Shown here in pieces: positions 33,647-46,056 of a stretch of DNA of 64,000 nt. The translations under genes were made by a program, and so were the position numbers. The notes below the pieces were generated by a model. It was not told the origin of the DNA. It searched no databases and worked only from the letters and a program-made list of their open reading frames with translations. Each line of letters starts with the position of its first letter. Position 1 is the first letter of the stretch. Source of the DNA: an uncultured delta proteobacterium (GTDB lineage: Bacteria; Desulfobacterota; Binatia; UBA9968). The DNA lies in the NCBI GenBank assembly GCA_963847445.1, contig CAWJZV010000030.1, positions 544,001-608,000 of the forward strand, written 5' to 3'.

Positions 33647-34740
33647 ATGAAATTCCAATTCACAAACCCGTTCAAAGGTTCAAAGGTTCAAACGTTCAAG
33701 GTTCTCGGACCGCTAGTCCTTTCCGTCGTTGAACTGTTGAACCCTTTGAACCTTGAACCGGCGTTTGCGCAGAGCGCCATTTCTATCAAGACAAGTCCGT
33801 GCGCATCATCGTCGGTTTCACGCCGGGCGGCTTCTATGACCGCTGGGCCAGGTTACTATCGCGCTATATGCCCAAATACATCCCCGGCAACCCCACCTTC
33901 GTCGTGCAAAACATGCCCGGCGCGAGCTCGGTGATCGCCGCCAACTATGTCTATAATTTGAGCAAGGCGGACGGCCTGACGCTGCTGGTGCCGATCAATA
34001 GTCTCTATCTCGATCAAGTGGTTGGCCGGCGTGAAGTAAAGTTCGATGTCAGAAAATTCGAATTCATCGGCACGCAAGAAAAAGCTCCGACCATGCTCTA
34101 CTTCCGTGCCGACAGTCCGTTCAAAACCCTGGGCGACATCATCAACGCCAAGGAACCGCCGAAGTGCGGCTCCACCGGCACGGCGAGCACGGGATACCTG
34201 CTCGCCAGGATCATGGACGAAGCATTCAAGGCCAAAATGACCACCGTCACCGGCTACCAGGGCGGCAGCGAGATCGACATCGCCGTCGAGCGCGGCGAGA
34301 TCGTTTGCCGCGGCATGGACATCCCGCCGCACTTTGGCCGCGAACCGTTCGACGGCTGGCATAAGCGCGGCTTCGACCGGCATATCCTACAGAGCGGCCC
34401 CAAGAAAGATCCGCGCATGGGCGACGCGCCGACACTGTTCGAACTGATGGAGCAATTCAAAACTCCCGAGGTCATGCGCGGTGTCGCACGGGTGATTCTG
34501 GCGAGCGGCGATTTTGGCCGGCCCATGGTCGCCGGCCCCGGCAATCCGCCCGAACGCATCAAAATCATGCGCGCCGCCTATGCCGGCGCGATGCGCGACC
34601 CGGGGCTCATCGAGGAAGCGAAAAAAAGCCAAATGGATATGGAACACACGCCGGGGGAAGAACTCCAGGCGCTGATGAAGGAATTGTTGAATCAACCGCG
34701 TGAAGTGATCGAAAGAGTTAAAAAAGTGTTGTCGGAATGA
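33647..34740 (+). CDS. tctC: TctC member 2 (repeat-encoded leader; frameshift ~33780)
   Basis: PFKGSKVQTFKVLGPLVLSVVELLNPLNLEPAFAQ followed by TctC motifs. Confidence 0.9.
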
Positions 34741-34752
34741 GGTTGCTATGAA

Positions 34753-35854
34753 ATGATCAAACTCAGCAAGACCCGGTTCAAACGTTCAAAAGTTCAAAGC
34801 GTTCAAGCGTAAGCTTCGGATTCAGCTGATTCTTGTTTCTGATCCCTTGAACTTTTGAACCCCTTGAACCTTGAACAGGTATTCGCGCAAGCGAATTTCT
34901 ATCAAGGTAAAACCATCCGCATCATCGTTGGCCTGACGCCGGGCGGCTTCTACGATCGCTGGGCGCGCCTGCTCGCCCGCATTCATGCCGCTTTACATAC
35001 CGGGCAATCCCAGCTTCATCGTGCAAAACATGCCGGGCGCGGGCTCGATGATCGCTATGAATCATGTCTACGGCGTCGCCAAAGCCGACGGGCTGACCCT
35101 CGGCATGCCCAATTACGGCGTCTATCTCGACCAACTGTCAGGGCGTAAAGAAGTCCGTTACGACATCACCAAGATGTACTACATCGGCTCGCCGGAGAAG
35201 AGCGACATCATTCTCTACGCGCGCGCGGACGCCCCATTCAAATCAGTCCAGGACATGAGAAAGCTCGCCGAGCCTGCTAAGTGCGGCGCCACCGGCACCG
35301 CCGGCGCGGACTACCTGATCGCGAAAGTTCTCGAAGACACCCTTGGGGTCAAGATCAATACGGTCGTCGGTTATGCCGGCGGCAGCGAGATCGACATCGC
35401 CGTAGAGAAGGGCGAAGTGCAATGCCGCGGCATGACCATCGCGCCGCACTTCGGCCGCGAGCCGTTCGATAGCTGGCATAAGAAGGGCTTCGATCAGCAT
35501 ATCGTGCAAACCTCGGAGAAGCGCGATGCCCGCGTCGCTGAGGTGCCGACGCTTTACGAAATCTTCGACAAAGAAAACACCGCCGATGAGAGCCGACGGG
35601 TCGCCGATGTGATTTTGCGCGGCGGCGACTTTGGCCGCCCCATGCTGGCTGGTCCCGGCACGCCGCTCGACCGGGTGAATATGCTGCGCGAGGCTTACGT
35701 CAAATCAATGAACAATCCCGAGCTCATCGCCGAGGCGAAGAAAGCTCGTATGGACATGGAGCCGGTCACCGGCGAACAGCTGCAAGCGCTGGCGAACAGA
35801 GTCATGAACCAACCGCCTGCCGTGCTCAAGCGCGTCAGAAAAATCCTTGAATAG
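34753..35854 (+). CDS. tctC: TctC member 3 (repeat-encoded leader; frameshifted)
   Basis: LNPLNLEQVFAQANFYQGKT, PGGFYDRWAR, PAKCG. Confidence 0.88.
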
Positions 35855-35915
35855 ATATTTTGCCAATTGCCAATCATCACCATCGCCGGTCGTCAGCGGC
35901 CGGACGGGAGGACCC

Positions 35916-36958
35916 ATGAAAGCCCTAATCCTGGTGCTCTGTCTCGTTGGCGCGTGGACTTCTCCACCTGCCAGCCCAGACACCCTATTACCAAGGCAAG
36001 CAAATCAAAGTCGTCGTTGGTTTCACCACCGGCGGTTTTTACGATCGCTGGGCGAGACTGCTGTCCCGATATATGCCCAAGCATATCCCGGGCAAGCCCG
36101 AGATGATTGTCCAGAATATGCCCGGCGCCGGCTCGGTCATCGCGGCCAATTTCGTCTATAGCGTCGCCAAAGCGGACGGACTGACCATCGGCTTCCCGAG
36201 CAATGCGCATTTACCTCGATCAATTGATCGGCCGCGGCGAAGTTAAGTACGACGTGCGCAAATTCGCTTGGATCGGCTCCCCGGTCACCGAGCCGATGAT
36301 CTTTTATGTGCGCAGCGACTCGCCGTTCAAAACGATCCAAGACATCAAGAACGCCAAGGAGCCGGCGAAATGCGGTTCCACGGGCACGGTCAGCAGCGAC
36401 TACATCCTGGCGCGACTGCTCGAAGAGACCTTGCCGCCGACCAAGATCAACACGATTTTGGGCTATCCTGGAGGCGCCGAAATCGACTTGGCGGTCGAAA
36501 AAGGTGAAGTCTCTTGCCGCGGTATGACCGCTTCTCCCTTCTTTGGCCGGGAGCCCTTTCTCAGCTGGCAGAAGAAAAACTTTGTCCGCGTGCTCTTCTT
36601 CACCGGCAGCAAACGCGACAAACGGCTTCCCGATGTGCCGACGCTGTACGAGATATTTGACCGGGAAAAGGTTCCCGAAGACCGGCGCCGCATAGCCGAG
36701 GTCATCCTTGCAGCCGAAGAGTTTGGCCGTCCGATCATCGCCGGACCCGGCACTTCAGCCGAGCAAGTCAAAATCCTGCGCCATGCTTTCGATCAATCTT
36801 TAAAGGATCCGGAGTTACTCGCGGATACAATAAAACAGAAAATGGATGTCGATCCCGAGAGCGGCGAGAACCTCGAAAAGCTCGTCGCCAAAACCATGAA
36901 CCAACCCGCCGACGTTATCGCGCGGGTTAAAAAACTTCTCGGGCAATTAGTTGATTAA
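35916..36958 (+). CDS. tctC: TctC member 4 (plain leader; frameshifted)
   Basis: MKALILVLCLVG, YYQGKQ, TGGFYDRWAR, PAKCG. Confidence 0.88.
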
Positions 36959-37012
36959 ACCAATTTCGATGGTAATTTTCGCGTTAGAAAAAAATTAGGA
37001 GGTCAGAACTAG

Positions 37013-38042
37013 ATGTTAAGATTATTAGCAATTTTGTTTTCCTTGATGATCGGCCAGGCGGCCTACGCCCAGACCCCGTTCTATCAAGGAAAAACCATTA
37101 CGATTATAGTCGGCACCAAAGCGGGCGATGCCTATGATTTATATCCGCGCATGCTCGCCGAGTTCATGCCCAAATATATTCCCGGCAATCCCAACATCAT
37201 TATTCAGAACGTTCCTGGGGCGGCGTCGCTGATCGCGGCCAATCAAGTCTACAATATCGCCAAACCGGATGGCCTGACCATCGCGGCCATCTATCCGGCG
37301 CTCTACTTCGAGCAGCTCACGAAAAAACCCCAGGTGAAGTTCGACTGGACCAAGTTCGGCTGGATCGGCAGTCCGGTGAAATCGAACCACATGCTCTACA
37401 TGCGCGCGGACGCCCCGTACAAATCCATGGACGACATCAAAAATGCCAAGACGCCGCCCAAGTGCGGCGCCAGCGGCGTGACTTCCACCGGCAACTATCT
37501 GCCGAAGCTCATGGAAGAGATCCTCGGCACGAAGTTCGAGATCGTTCTTGGGTATCAAGCCGGCCAGGACGTGGATCTTGCCGTGGAGCGCGGTGAGATC
37601 GTGTGCCGGGCGTTCACGATCACCGCATACATGGCGCGCGAGCCGTTCATTTCGTGGCGCAAGCGCGGTTTCGTCAATGAGCTGATGCAAACCGGCGCCA
37701 AACGCGATCCGCGCTTGAAAAATGCGCCGACGATCTACGAGCTCATGGATCGGTACAAAACCGACGCCGCCGGCAGAAGCCTCGGCAAGCTCATCCTGGC
37801 GGCAGGCGAGTTTGGCCGGCCGCTGGTCACTCCCCCAGGGTTCCCCGCTGCTCAGTTCAAGATCCTCCGGGAGGCTTTCGATAAAGCCGTGAGCGATCCT
37901 GCGCTGCTGGCAGCCGCGGAAAAACGTCGTCTGGAAATGGATCCGACGGATGGCGCGGAGATGGAAGCGTTGGCGAAAGAGGTCATGGCCGCAAGCCCTG
38001 AGCGTCGTAAAACGAGTGGAAGATCTTTTGGGCGGAAAATAA
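37013..38042 (+). CDS. tctC: TctC member 5 (plain leader; 3' frameshift)
   Basis: MLRLLAILFSLMIGQAAYA, GTKAGDAYDLYPR, PPKCG. Confidence 0.9.
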
Positions 38043-38130
38043 AACACAGCTCCGGGTACCCCTCAAGGTTGCATCAGAGCGGCCTTGAGGGGTATGCTCC
38101 GGCAAATTTTCGGCGGGAAGGAGAAAATTT

Positions 38131-39159
38131 ATGTTTTCAACTCTCGTTGTATTGGCCACTCTTGTCTGGAGTTCAACTGTATTCGCGCAAACTCCCTTTT
38201 ACCAAGGCAAGACCATCAGCATTGCCGCCGGCACCAAGGCCGGCGATGTCTACGATCTCTATCCGCGTTTGCTCGCCGAGTATATGCCGAAGCATATTCC
38301 TGGCAGTCCCAATATCATCGTGCAAAATATCCCGGGCGCGGCTTCATTGATCGCCGCCAATCAGGTCTATAATACTGCCAAGCCCGATGGTCTGACTCTT
38401 GCGGCGATCTATCCCGCGCTCTATTTCGACCAGCTGATCAAGCGACCGGAAGTAAAATACGATTGGGCTAAATGGCAGTGGCTCGGCAGTCCGGTAAAAT
38501 CGAACCAACTCCTCTACATGCGCGCCGACACACCGTACAAGTCGATGGATGACATCCGCAAGGCGGCCACGGCGCCGAAGTGCGGCTCCACCGGTATCGC
38601 TTCCGCGGGGTACTACATACCCAAGCTGCTGGAGGAAGTGTTGAACGGCAAGATAGACATTGTGTCGGGCTACGTGTCGGGACAGGATATCGATCTGGCG
38701 GTGGAACGCGGCGAGCTCCAGTGCCGGGCCTTCACGATTACCGCCTACTACGCCCGCGAGCCGTTTATCTCTTGGCGCAAACGGAATTTCACCAATGTGC
38801 TGGTACAAACCGGCAGCCAACGCGATGCTCGGATCAAGGAAACGCCGACCATTTACGAGCTGATGGATAAGGCCAAAACCAGTGCGGCCGGACGGACCCT
38901 GGCGAAGGTGATCCTGGCCTCGGGGGATTTGGGACGCCCCATCGTCGCCCCTCCGGGAGTGCCGGCGGATCGGATCAAGATCCTCCGCGATGCCTTCGAT
39001 AAGACGCTCGCCGACCCGGCGTTTCTTGCGGAAGCGGAAAGGCGTCGGCTCGAAATCGATCCGACCAAATGGGATGAAATGGAATCCCTGGCAAAGGAAG
39101 TCATGCTTACGCCCGCCGACGTGGTCGCGCGCATGAAAAAGTTGCTGAGTGACGGCTAA
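38131..39159 (+). CDS. tctC: TctC member 6 (plain leader)
   Basis: Intact 342-aa ORF, GTKAGDVYDLYPR, APKCG. Confidence 0.92.
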   Translation: MFSTLVVLATLVWSSTVFAQTPFYQGKTISIAAGTKAGDVYDLYPRLLAEYMPKHIPGSPNIIVQNIPGAASLIAANQVYNTAKPDGLTLAAIYPALYFDQLIKRPEVKYDWAKWQWLGSPVKSNQLLYMRADTPYKSMDDIRKAATAPKCGSTGIASAGYYIPKLLEEVLNGKIDIVSGYVSGQDIDLAVERGELQCRAFTITAYYAREPFISWRKRNFTNVLVQTGSQRDARIKETPTIYELMDKAKTSAAGRTLAKVILASGDLGRPIVAPPGVPADRIKILRDAFDKTLADPAFLAEAERRRLEIDPTKWDEMESLAKEVMLTPADVVARMKKLLSDG

Positions 39160-39188
39160 AGGCAACAACCAGGAACGAAGCCAGCTGC

Positions 39189-40253
39189 ATGATCAACCAA
39201 GAGATCAGCGGATCGGTCCTGATCGTGTCGGCTATCGGTCCTGATTGCTCCTCTCGTCTGCTATTCGACCTGCGCTTTACGCCCAAACTCCCTTTTACCA
39301 GGGCAAAACCATCAGGCTCGTCGCCGGCACCCCGGCAGGCAGCGTGTACGATCTCTATGCGCGCATGGTCGCCCAATTTCTCCCCAAGCATATTCCCGGC
39401 AATCCCAATGTCATCGTGCAAAACATGCCGGGGGTCGCCTCCATGGTTGCGGCCAATTACATTTACACCGTCGCCAAACCCGATGGCCTGACCATCGGCT
39501 CGATCCAACCGGCGCTCTATTTCGATCAACTGGTCGGGCGCAAGGAAGTCCAGTTCGACTGGCAAAAATTTACCTGGATCGGCAACACCACGGTGTCGCA
39601 CCATTTGCTCTACATGCGCAGCGACACGCCGTATAAAACCATCGAAGACATCCGCAAGGCCGCCGTGCCGCCCAAATGCGGCGCCGAAGGCACTGCGTCA
39701 TCGGCCTACTACTTCCCCAAGCTCTTGGAAGAAACCATCGGCGCGAAGTTCAACATCGTCACCGGTTACAACTCCGGCACCGATGTCGACCTGGCGGTGG
39801 AGCGCGGCGAAGTGCAGTGCCGCAGCCTTCACCATCGCCGCCTTCTTTGCCCGCGAGCCGTTTCACACCTGGCGCAAAAAAGGCTTTGTCCGGGTAATCG
39901 TGCAAACCGGCAAGAAACGCGATGGCAAAATACCCGATGTACCGACTCTGGAAGAACTCATGGACCAGCATAAGACGTCCGACTCGGCGCGCCGTCTGAG
40001 CGCGGTGATCTTGGCCGCCAATGAGATCGGCCGGCCGATCGTCGGCACTCCCGGGATTCCGGCCGATCGTGTGAAAATTCTCCGCGAAGCTTTCATGAAG
40101 ACAGTGACCGATCCAGAGCTCTTGGATGACGCCAAAAAGAAAAAACTCGACTTGGATCCGGTCTCCGGCGAGGAGCTGGAGAGTCTCGGCAAAGAGATCA
40201 TGGCGCAACCGCCGGACGTCATCGAACGCATGAAAAAACTATTGGGAAGTTAA
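39189..40253 (+). CDS. tctC: TctC member 7 (plain leader; frameshifted)
   Basis: GTPAGSVYDLYAR, PPKCG, AVERGEVQCR. Confidence 0.88.
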
Positions 40254-40289
40254 AAGCGCCAAGACAAACGGATCAAAGGAGAAGCCAAC

Positions 40290-41336
40290 ATGAAAAGACT
40301 CGCATTCGTTCTATTCGTCCTGTCTGTCCTATTCAGTCCGCACGGCTTAACCTGCATGCGCAGACGCCATTCTACCAAGGCAAGACGATCACGATCATCG
40401 TCGCGCGCCAAGGCGGGCGACATCTATGACCTTTACCCACGCCTGGTCGCGGAATTCATGCGGCAGGCATATTCCGGGAAACCCGAACATCATCATTCAA
40501 AACGTCGCCCGGCGCCGCCGGCCTGATCGGCACCAATCAGGTTTACAATATCGCCAAACCTGACGGTCTGACCCTCGGCGCGATCTATCCGGCGCTCTAT
40601 TTCGAGCAGCTCGCCAAACGGCCCGAAGCCAAATTCGACTGGACCAAGTTCATCTGGATCGGCAGCACGGTGAGCTCCAACAGTCACATGTATATGCGCG
40701 CCGATACCCCGTATAAAACCATCGAAGATGTCCGTACCGCAGCGACGCCGCCGAAATGCGGCGCAACGGGCGTAACCTCGTCGGCCTATTACATGCCGAA
40801 ACTCCTCGAAGACGCTATCGGCACCAAGTTCGAGATTGTCTCAGGTTATGTCGCCGGGTCGGATATCGACCTCGCCGTCGAGCGCGGCGAAGTTCAGTGC
40901 CGGGCCTTTACGATCAACGCCTTCTTCTCCCGCGAGCCATTTATCACCTGGCGCAAGAAAAATTTCGTGCGCGTGCTCTATCAGACCGGCAGCAAGCGCG
41001 ATGCACGGCTCAAGGACGTGCCGTTGTTCAGCTGAATTGATGGACAAGTACAAGACGCGCTGAAAGCGTCCGGCGGCTCGCCAAAGTGGTGCTGGCCGCC
41101 GATGAATTCGGCCGTCCGCATCGTCTTCCCTCCAGGCGTGCCCTGCCGACCGGGTAAAGATCATTCGCGATGCTTTCAACAAGACCATCAACGATCCCGC
41201 TCTCTTGGCGGAGGCGGAAAAGCGCCGACTCGACATCGACCCGGCAACGGGTGAAGAACTCGATTCCTTGGCCAAAGAAGTCATGACCGCGACGCCGGAC
41301 ATCGTCGAACGGGTGAAAAAACTGATCGGCATGTAA
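40290..41336 (+). CDS. tctC: TctC member 8 (plain leader; many frameshifts)
   Basis: KAGDIYDLYPR, PPKCG, AVERGEVQCRAFTI. Confidence 0.85.
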
Positions 41337-41372
41337 CGGCGCAGGTAGGCCACTGCCTGCTGCAGAAGGGCG

Positions 41373-42463
41373 ATGCAAAGGTCGCTCAAAGAGTTCAAAG
41401 GTTCAAGATTCAAGGTTGCTCAATCTCGAATCGTATCGACCGTCGCTTGATCTTTTGACACGCCTTTCTGAACCTTGAACCGGCGTCGGCGCCAGACGCC
41501 CTTCTATCAAGGCAAGACGATTCGCATCGTCATCGGCTCCTCCACCGGCGGCGGTTACGATCTGTGGGCGCGCGTTTTAGCGCGCTACTACGGCAAATAC
41601 ATCCCGGGTAATCCAACAATTCTCGTGCAGAACATGCCCGGCGCGGCGTCGATCGTCGCGACCAATTATTTGTACAACGTCGCCAAGCCCGACGGTCTGA
41701 CTCTCGGCGCGCTGCTGCCGGCGATTTACTTCGATCAGCTGGTCGGGCGCAAAGAAGTGCAGTTCGACTTCGCCAAGATTCCCTGGATCGGCTCGCCGGA
41801 ACAAAACGACGATCCTGCACTACATGCGCGCCGATTCGCCCTACAAGTCGATCGACGACATCCGCAAAGCCAAGGAGCCGCCGCGTTGCGGCAGCTCCGG
41901 CACCGGCACGACTGGATTTTATATTCCCCGCCTGCTCGACGAAGTCCTGGGCACGAAACACACTGTCGTCGCCGGCTATCCTGGCGGCTCCGAAATCGAT
42001 CTCGCCGTCGAACGCGGCGAAGTGCACTGCTGGTCGCCGCTGATTGCGACGTACTTCGGCCGCGAGCCCTACATTAGCTGGCAGAAGAAGGGCTTCGTTC
42101 GAGTGATCGTGCAGTTCGGCGCCAAGCGCGAGCCGCGCCTGGCCGACGTGCCGACGATTTACGAGTTGATGGATCAATTCAAAACTCCCGACGCCGGCAA
42201 GCGCCTGACACGCGTGATCCTGGTCGCCGCGACCCTCGGTCGGCCCATCGCAGTCACGCCGGGAATTCCGCCCGACCGCTTGAACCTGCTGCGCGATGCC
42301 TATCAAAAGACGTTGAAAGACCCCGAACTCATCGCCGAGACCAAACGCCAACGCTGGGACATCGACCCGCTCACCGGCGAAGAGATGGAAAAACTTTCAA
42401 AAGAAGTCATGAGCGCAGCCGAAGGAAGTCATCGAAAGAATGAAATGGGTCTTGGGAAACTAA
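41373..42463 (+). CDS. tctC: TctC member 9 (degenerate repeat-encoded leader; frameshifted)
   Basis: STGGGYDLWAR, PPRCG, HCWSPLIATYFGREPY. Confidence 0.88.
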
Positions 42464-42467
42464 CATT

Positions 42468-43557
42468 ATGAATTCAAAGACCGTTCAAAAGTTCAAAGGT
42501 TCAAACGTTCAAGGTTCTCGCACTTCTGATCTTCTCCGTCGTTGAACTTTTGAACCCTTTGAACCTTGAACAAGCGTCTGCGCAGCAGACGCCCTTCTAC
42601 CAAGGCAAAACCATCACCATGGTGGTCGCTTCCACCGCCAGCGGCGGCTACGATCTGTGGGCGCGGCTGACGGCGCGTTACATCGGCAAGTACATTCCCG
42701 GCAATCCGACCATCGTCGTGCAGAACATGCCGGGCGCGGGCAATATCATCGGCGCCAACTACGTCTATAGCGTCGCCAAGCCCGACGGCTTGACTCTCGG
42801 CGCGGTCAATCCGGCGCTTTACTTCGATCAGCTGGTCGGACGATCCGAGGTGAAATTCGATTGGGCCAAATTCAACTGGATCGGTTCGCCGGAGAAAAAC
42901 GACATCGTTTCCTACATGCGCGCCGACACGCCGTACAAAACCATCGACGACCTGCGCAATGCCAAAGAACCGCAAAAATGCGGCAGCACCGGCACCGGCA
43001 GCACCGGCCATTACATTCCCCGCCTGCTCGAAGAAACCCTCGGCATCAAGACCCAGATCGTCAGCGGTTATCCCGGCGCCGCGGATATCGAACTCGCCAT
43101 CGAGCGCGGCGAAGTGTTTTGCTGGTCGCCGCTCTTGGCCACCTACTTCGGCCGCGAGCCCTACCGGCGCTGGCATAAGTCCGGCTACGTCCGCGTCATG
43201 GTCCAAACCGGCGCCAAGCGCGACCCGCGCTTGAAAGACTCGCCGACGTTGAACGAATTGATGCAGCAGTATAAATCCCCCGAGCCGGCCCGCCGTCTCG
43301 CCAAAGTGATTCTCACCGCCGCCACCTTAGGCCGTCCCATCGGCGCCGCCCCGGGCGTTCCGGCAGATCGCGTGAAGATCCTGCGCGATGCCTATGCCAA
43401 AGCCATCGCCGATCCCGAGCTGCTCGCCGAAGCGGCCAAGCAAAGTTGGGAAGTCGATGCGACCAAGGGTGAAGAGCTGCAAGCGTTATCGAAGGAAGTC
43501 ATCACCCAGCCCAAGGAAATCATCGAGCGCATGAAGTGGGTGCTTGGGCGGGAGTAA
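42468..43557 (+). CDS. tctC: TctC member 10 (repeat-encoded leader)
   Basis: PFKSSKVQTFKVLALLIFSVVELLNPLNLEQASAQ, TASGGYDLWAR. Confidence 0.9.
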
Positions 43558-43561
43558 TAAA

Positions 43562-44643
43562 ATGCTAAGCCCGTTCAAGGGTTCAAAAGTTCAAAGGTTC
43601 AAGGTTTTCGGACTTCTGATCTTTTCTGTCGTTGAACTTTTGAACCCTTTGAACCTTGAACGGGCGTCTGCGCCAGACGCCCTATTATTCCAGGCAAGAC
43701 TCTCAAGATCATCGTCGGGTCAGCGTCCGGCGGCGGCTACGACCTGTGGGCGCGCTTACTGGCGCTGCATATCGGCAAACATATTCCCGGCCATCCAACC
43801 GTGATCGTGCAAAACCTGCCCGGGGCCGGCGGCCTGGTTGCCGGCAATTTTATCTATGGTCTGGCCAAACCCGACGGCCTGACCATCGGCGCGTTCAATC
43901 CAGCGCTCTATTTCGAACAACTGGTCGGCAAGCCGGAGAGCAAATTCGATTGGACTAAGTTCAGCTGGATCGGCTCGCCGGAAAAGAATGACGCGCTGCA
44001 CTACATCCGCGCCGACTCGCCCTACAAAACCATCGACGACCTGCGCAACGCCAAGGAGCCGCCCAAGTGCGGCAGCACCGGCGGCGGCACCACCGCCCAT
44101 TACTTTCCCCGGCTGCTCGAAGACACCCTGGGCATTAAAACCACCCAGGTCACCGGCTATCAGGGCGGTTCAGAAATCGACCTCGCCGTCGAACGCAACG
44201 AAATAATCTGCTGGACGCCGCTGATCGCCACCTACTTCGGCCGCGAGCCCTACAAGCGCTGGCACAGGACGGGATTCGTCCGCGTCGTCGTCCAGACCGG
44301 CAACAAGCGCGACGAACGGTTAAAGGATGTACCGACGCTCACCGAACTGATGCAGCAGTATAAAACCCCTGAGGCCAGCCGCCGGCTCGCCAAAGTCGTG
44401 TTAACCGCCGCCAACCTCGGCCGCCCCATCGCCGGCCCGCCGCGCCTGCCGTCCGAACAATTAAAAATTCTCCGCGACGCCTACGCGAAATCGATGCAAG
44501 ATCCCGAGCTCCGCAGCGAAGCCGCCAAGCGCGCCTGGGATGTCGAGCCCCACACCGGCGCCGAACTTGAAGCGTTGGCGAAGGATGTCATGAACCAACC
44601 CAAAGAAGTGATCGAGCGGATGAAATGGGTGTTGGGGAACTAA
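43562..44643 (+). CDS. tctC: TctC member 11 (repeat-encoded leader; frameshifted)
   Basis: MLSPFKGSKVQRFKVFGLLIFSVVELLNPLNLERASA, SGGGYDLWAR. Confidence 0.9.
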
Positions 44644-44694
44644 TCTCTAGGCCGCGAGTGGACGATTGCGCACAAGTATTAACTCTGCAAAATC

Positions 44695-44790
44695 CGTCAC
44701 ACCGGCGCAGGCCGGTGTCCATTTCCGGCTTCGGCAGACTAGCAAAAAGACCACAACCGCCCCTGGATTCCGGCCTGCGCCGGAATGACG
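44695..44790. repeat. REPIN-like paired palindrome
   Basis: cgtcacaccggcgcaggccggtgtcca...tggattccggcctgcgccggaatgacg. Confidence 0.85.
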
Positions 44791-44893
44791 GAACCCGCAC
44801 ACAGACAACTTGCAACCGACAGCACTAAACTGACAAGCTTCAATGCAAAGAATCTCTGGTCTAATCTGATATACGCTGAGTGTGAGGCCATTC

Positions 44894-46021
44894 ATGACCG
44901 TTGGATTTCAAGATTCGCTCAAACGTTCCCCTCGGCGGACTCAGGGCCTGAGTTTATCGAAGGCAACAGTTCAAAGGTTCAAGGTTCTCGGACTCCTGCT
45001 CTTTTCAGCCCTTGAACTTTTGAACCCCTTGAATCTTGAACGAGTATTCGCGCAGGCGAATCCCTATCAGGGTAAAACGCTGCGGGTGATCGTCGGTTCA
45101 TCGAGCGGCGGCGGTTACGATCAGTGGGCACGCCTGATGGCGCAGCATATCGGTAAACATCTACCCGGCCATCCGACGGTTATAGTTCAGAATATGGTCG
45201 GCGCCGGCGGGGTGGTTGCCGCGAATTATTTATACGGCATTGCCAAGCCCGACGGCTTGACCATCGGCGGTTTCAACCCGGCGCTCTATTTCGATCAATT
45301 GGTGGTGCGGCCGGAAGTTAAATTCGATTGGGCGAAATTCACCTGGATCGGCTCGCCGGAAAAAAATGACCTCATCCACTTCATCCGTACCGACGCACCG
45401 TTCAAAACCATCGACGACTTGCGCAATGCCAAGGAACCGCCGAAATGCGGCAATACCGGCACCGGCAATAGCGGTCTCTACGTGCCGCGCGTGCTCGAAG
45501 AAACCCTCGGCATCAAGACCACCGTCATCAGCGGCTATCCCGGTGGCGCGGAAATCGACCTCGCCGTCGAACGCAACGAAGTGGTTTGCTGGTCGCCCTT
45601 GAGCGGCACTTACTTTGGCCGCGAGCCCTATAAGCGCTGGCACAACTCCGGCTTCGTCCGCGCCGTCGTCCAGACCGGCGCCAAACGCGACGAACGACTG
45701 AAGGAAACACCGACGCTGAATGAATTGATGCAGCAATACAAAACACCCGATAGCGGCAAACGGCTCGCCAAAGTGATCCTCACCGCAGCCACTCTCGGCC
45801 GCCCCATCGCCGCTCCGCCGCGCCTGTCCGCCGAGCAGACAAAAATTCTCCGCGACGCTTATACCAAGACGATGAAGGACCCGGATCTGCTCGCCGATGC
45901 CGCCAAACGCGGCTGGGACGTCGACCCATCGACCGGTGCCGAGCTCGAATCGCTGGCGCGGGAAGTCATCGTCCAACCCAAAGAAGTTATCGAGCGCATC
46001 AAGTGGGTATTGGGGAATTGA
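44894..46021 (+). CDS. tctC: TctC member 12 (repeat-encoded leader with nested REP motif; intact)
   Basis: Uninterrupted ORF ...TVQRFKVLGLLLFSALELLNPLNLERVFAQANPYQGKT, SSGGGYDQWAR. Confidence 0.92.
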   Translation: MTVGFQDSLKRSPRRTQGLSLSKATVQRFKVLGLLLFSALELLNPLNLERVFAQANPYQGKTLRVIVGSSSGGGYDQWARLMAQHIGKHLPGHPTVIVQNMVGAGGVVAANYLYGIAKPDGLTIGGFNPALYFDQLVVRPEVKFDWAKFTWIGSPEKNDLIHFIRTDAPFKTIDDLRNAKEPPKCGNTGTGNSGLYVPRVLEETLGIKTTVISGYPGGAEIDLAVERNEVVCWSPLSGTYFGREPYKRWHNSGFVRAVVQTGAKRDERLKETPTLNELMQQYKTPDSGKRLAKVILTAATLGRPIAAPPRLSAEQTKILRDAYTKTMKDPDLLADAAKRGWDVDPSTGAELESLAREVIVQPKEVIERIKWVLGN

Positions 46022-46056
46022 AGAATGGAGTAATGGAATATTACGGTAGTGGAGTG

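Noticed and set aside
38047-38095. Hairpin tacccctcaagg...ccttgaggggta as a distinct element
   Set aside because: Single copy in the window; may be an ordinary intercistronic stem-loop.
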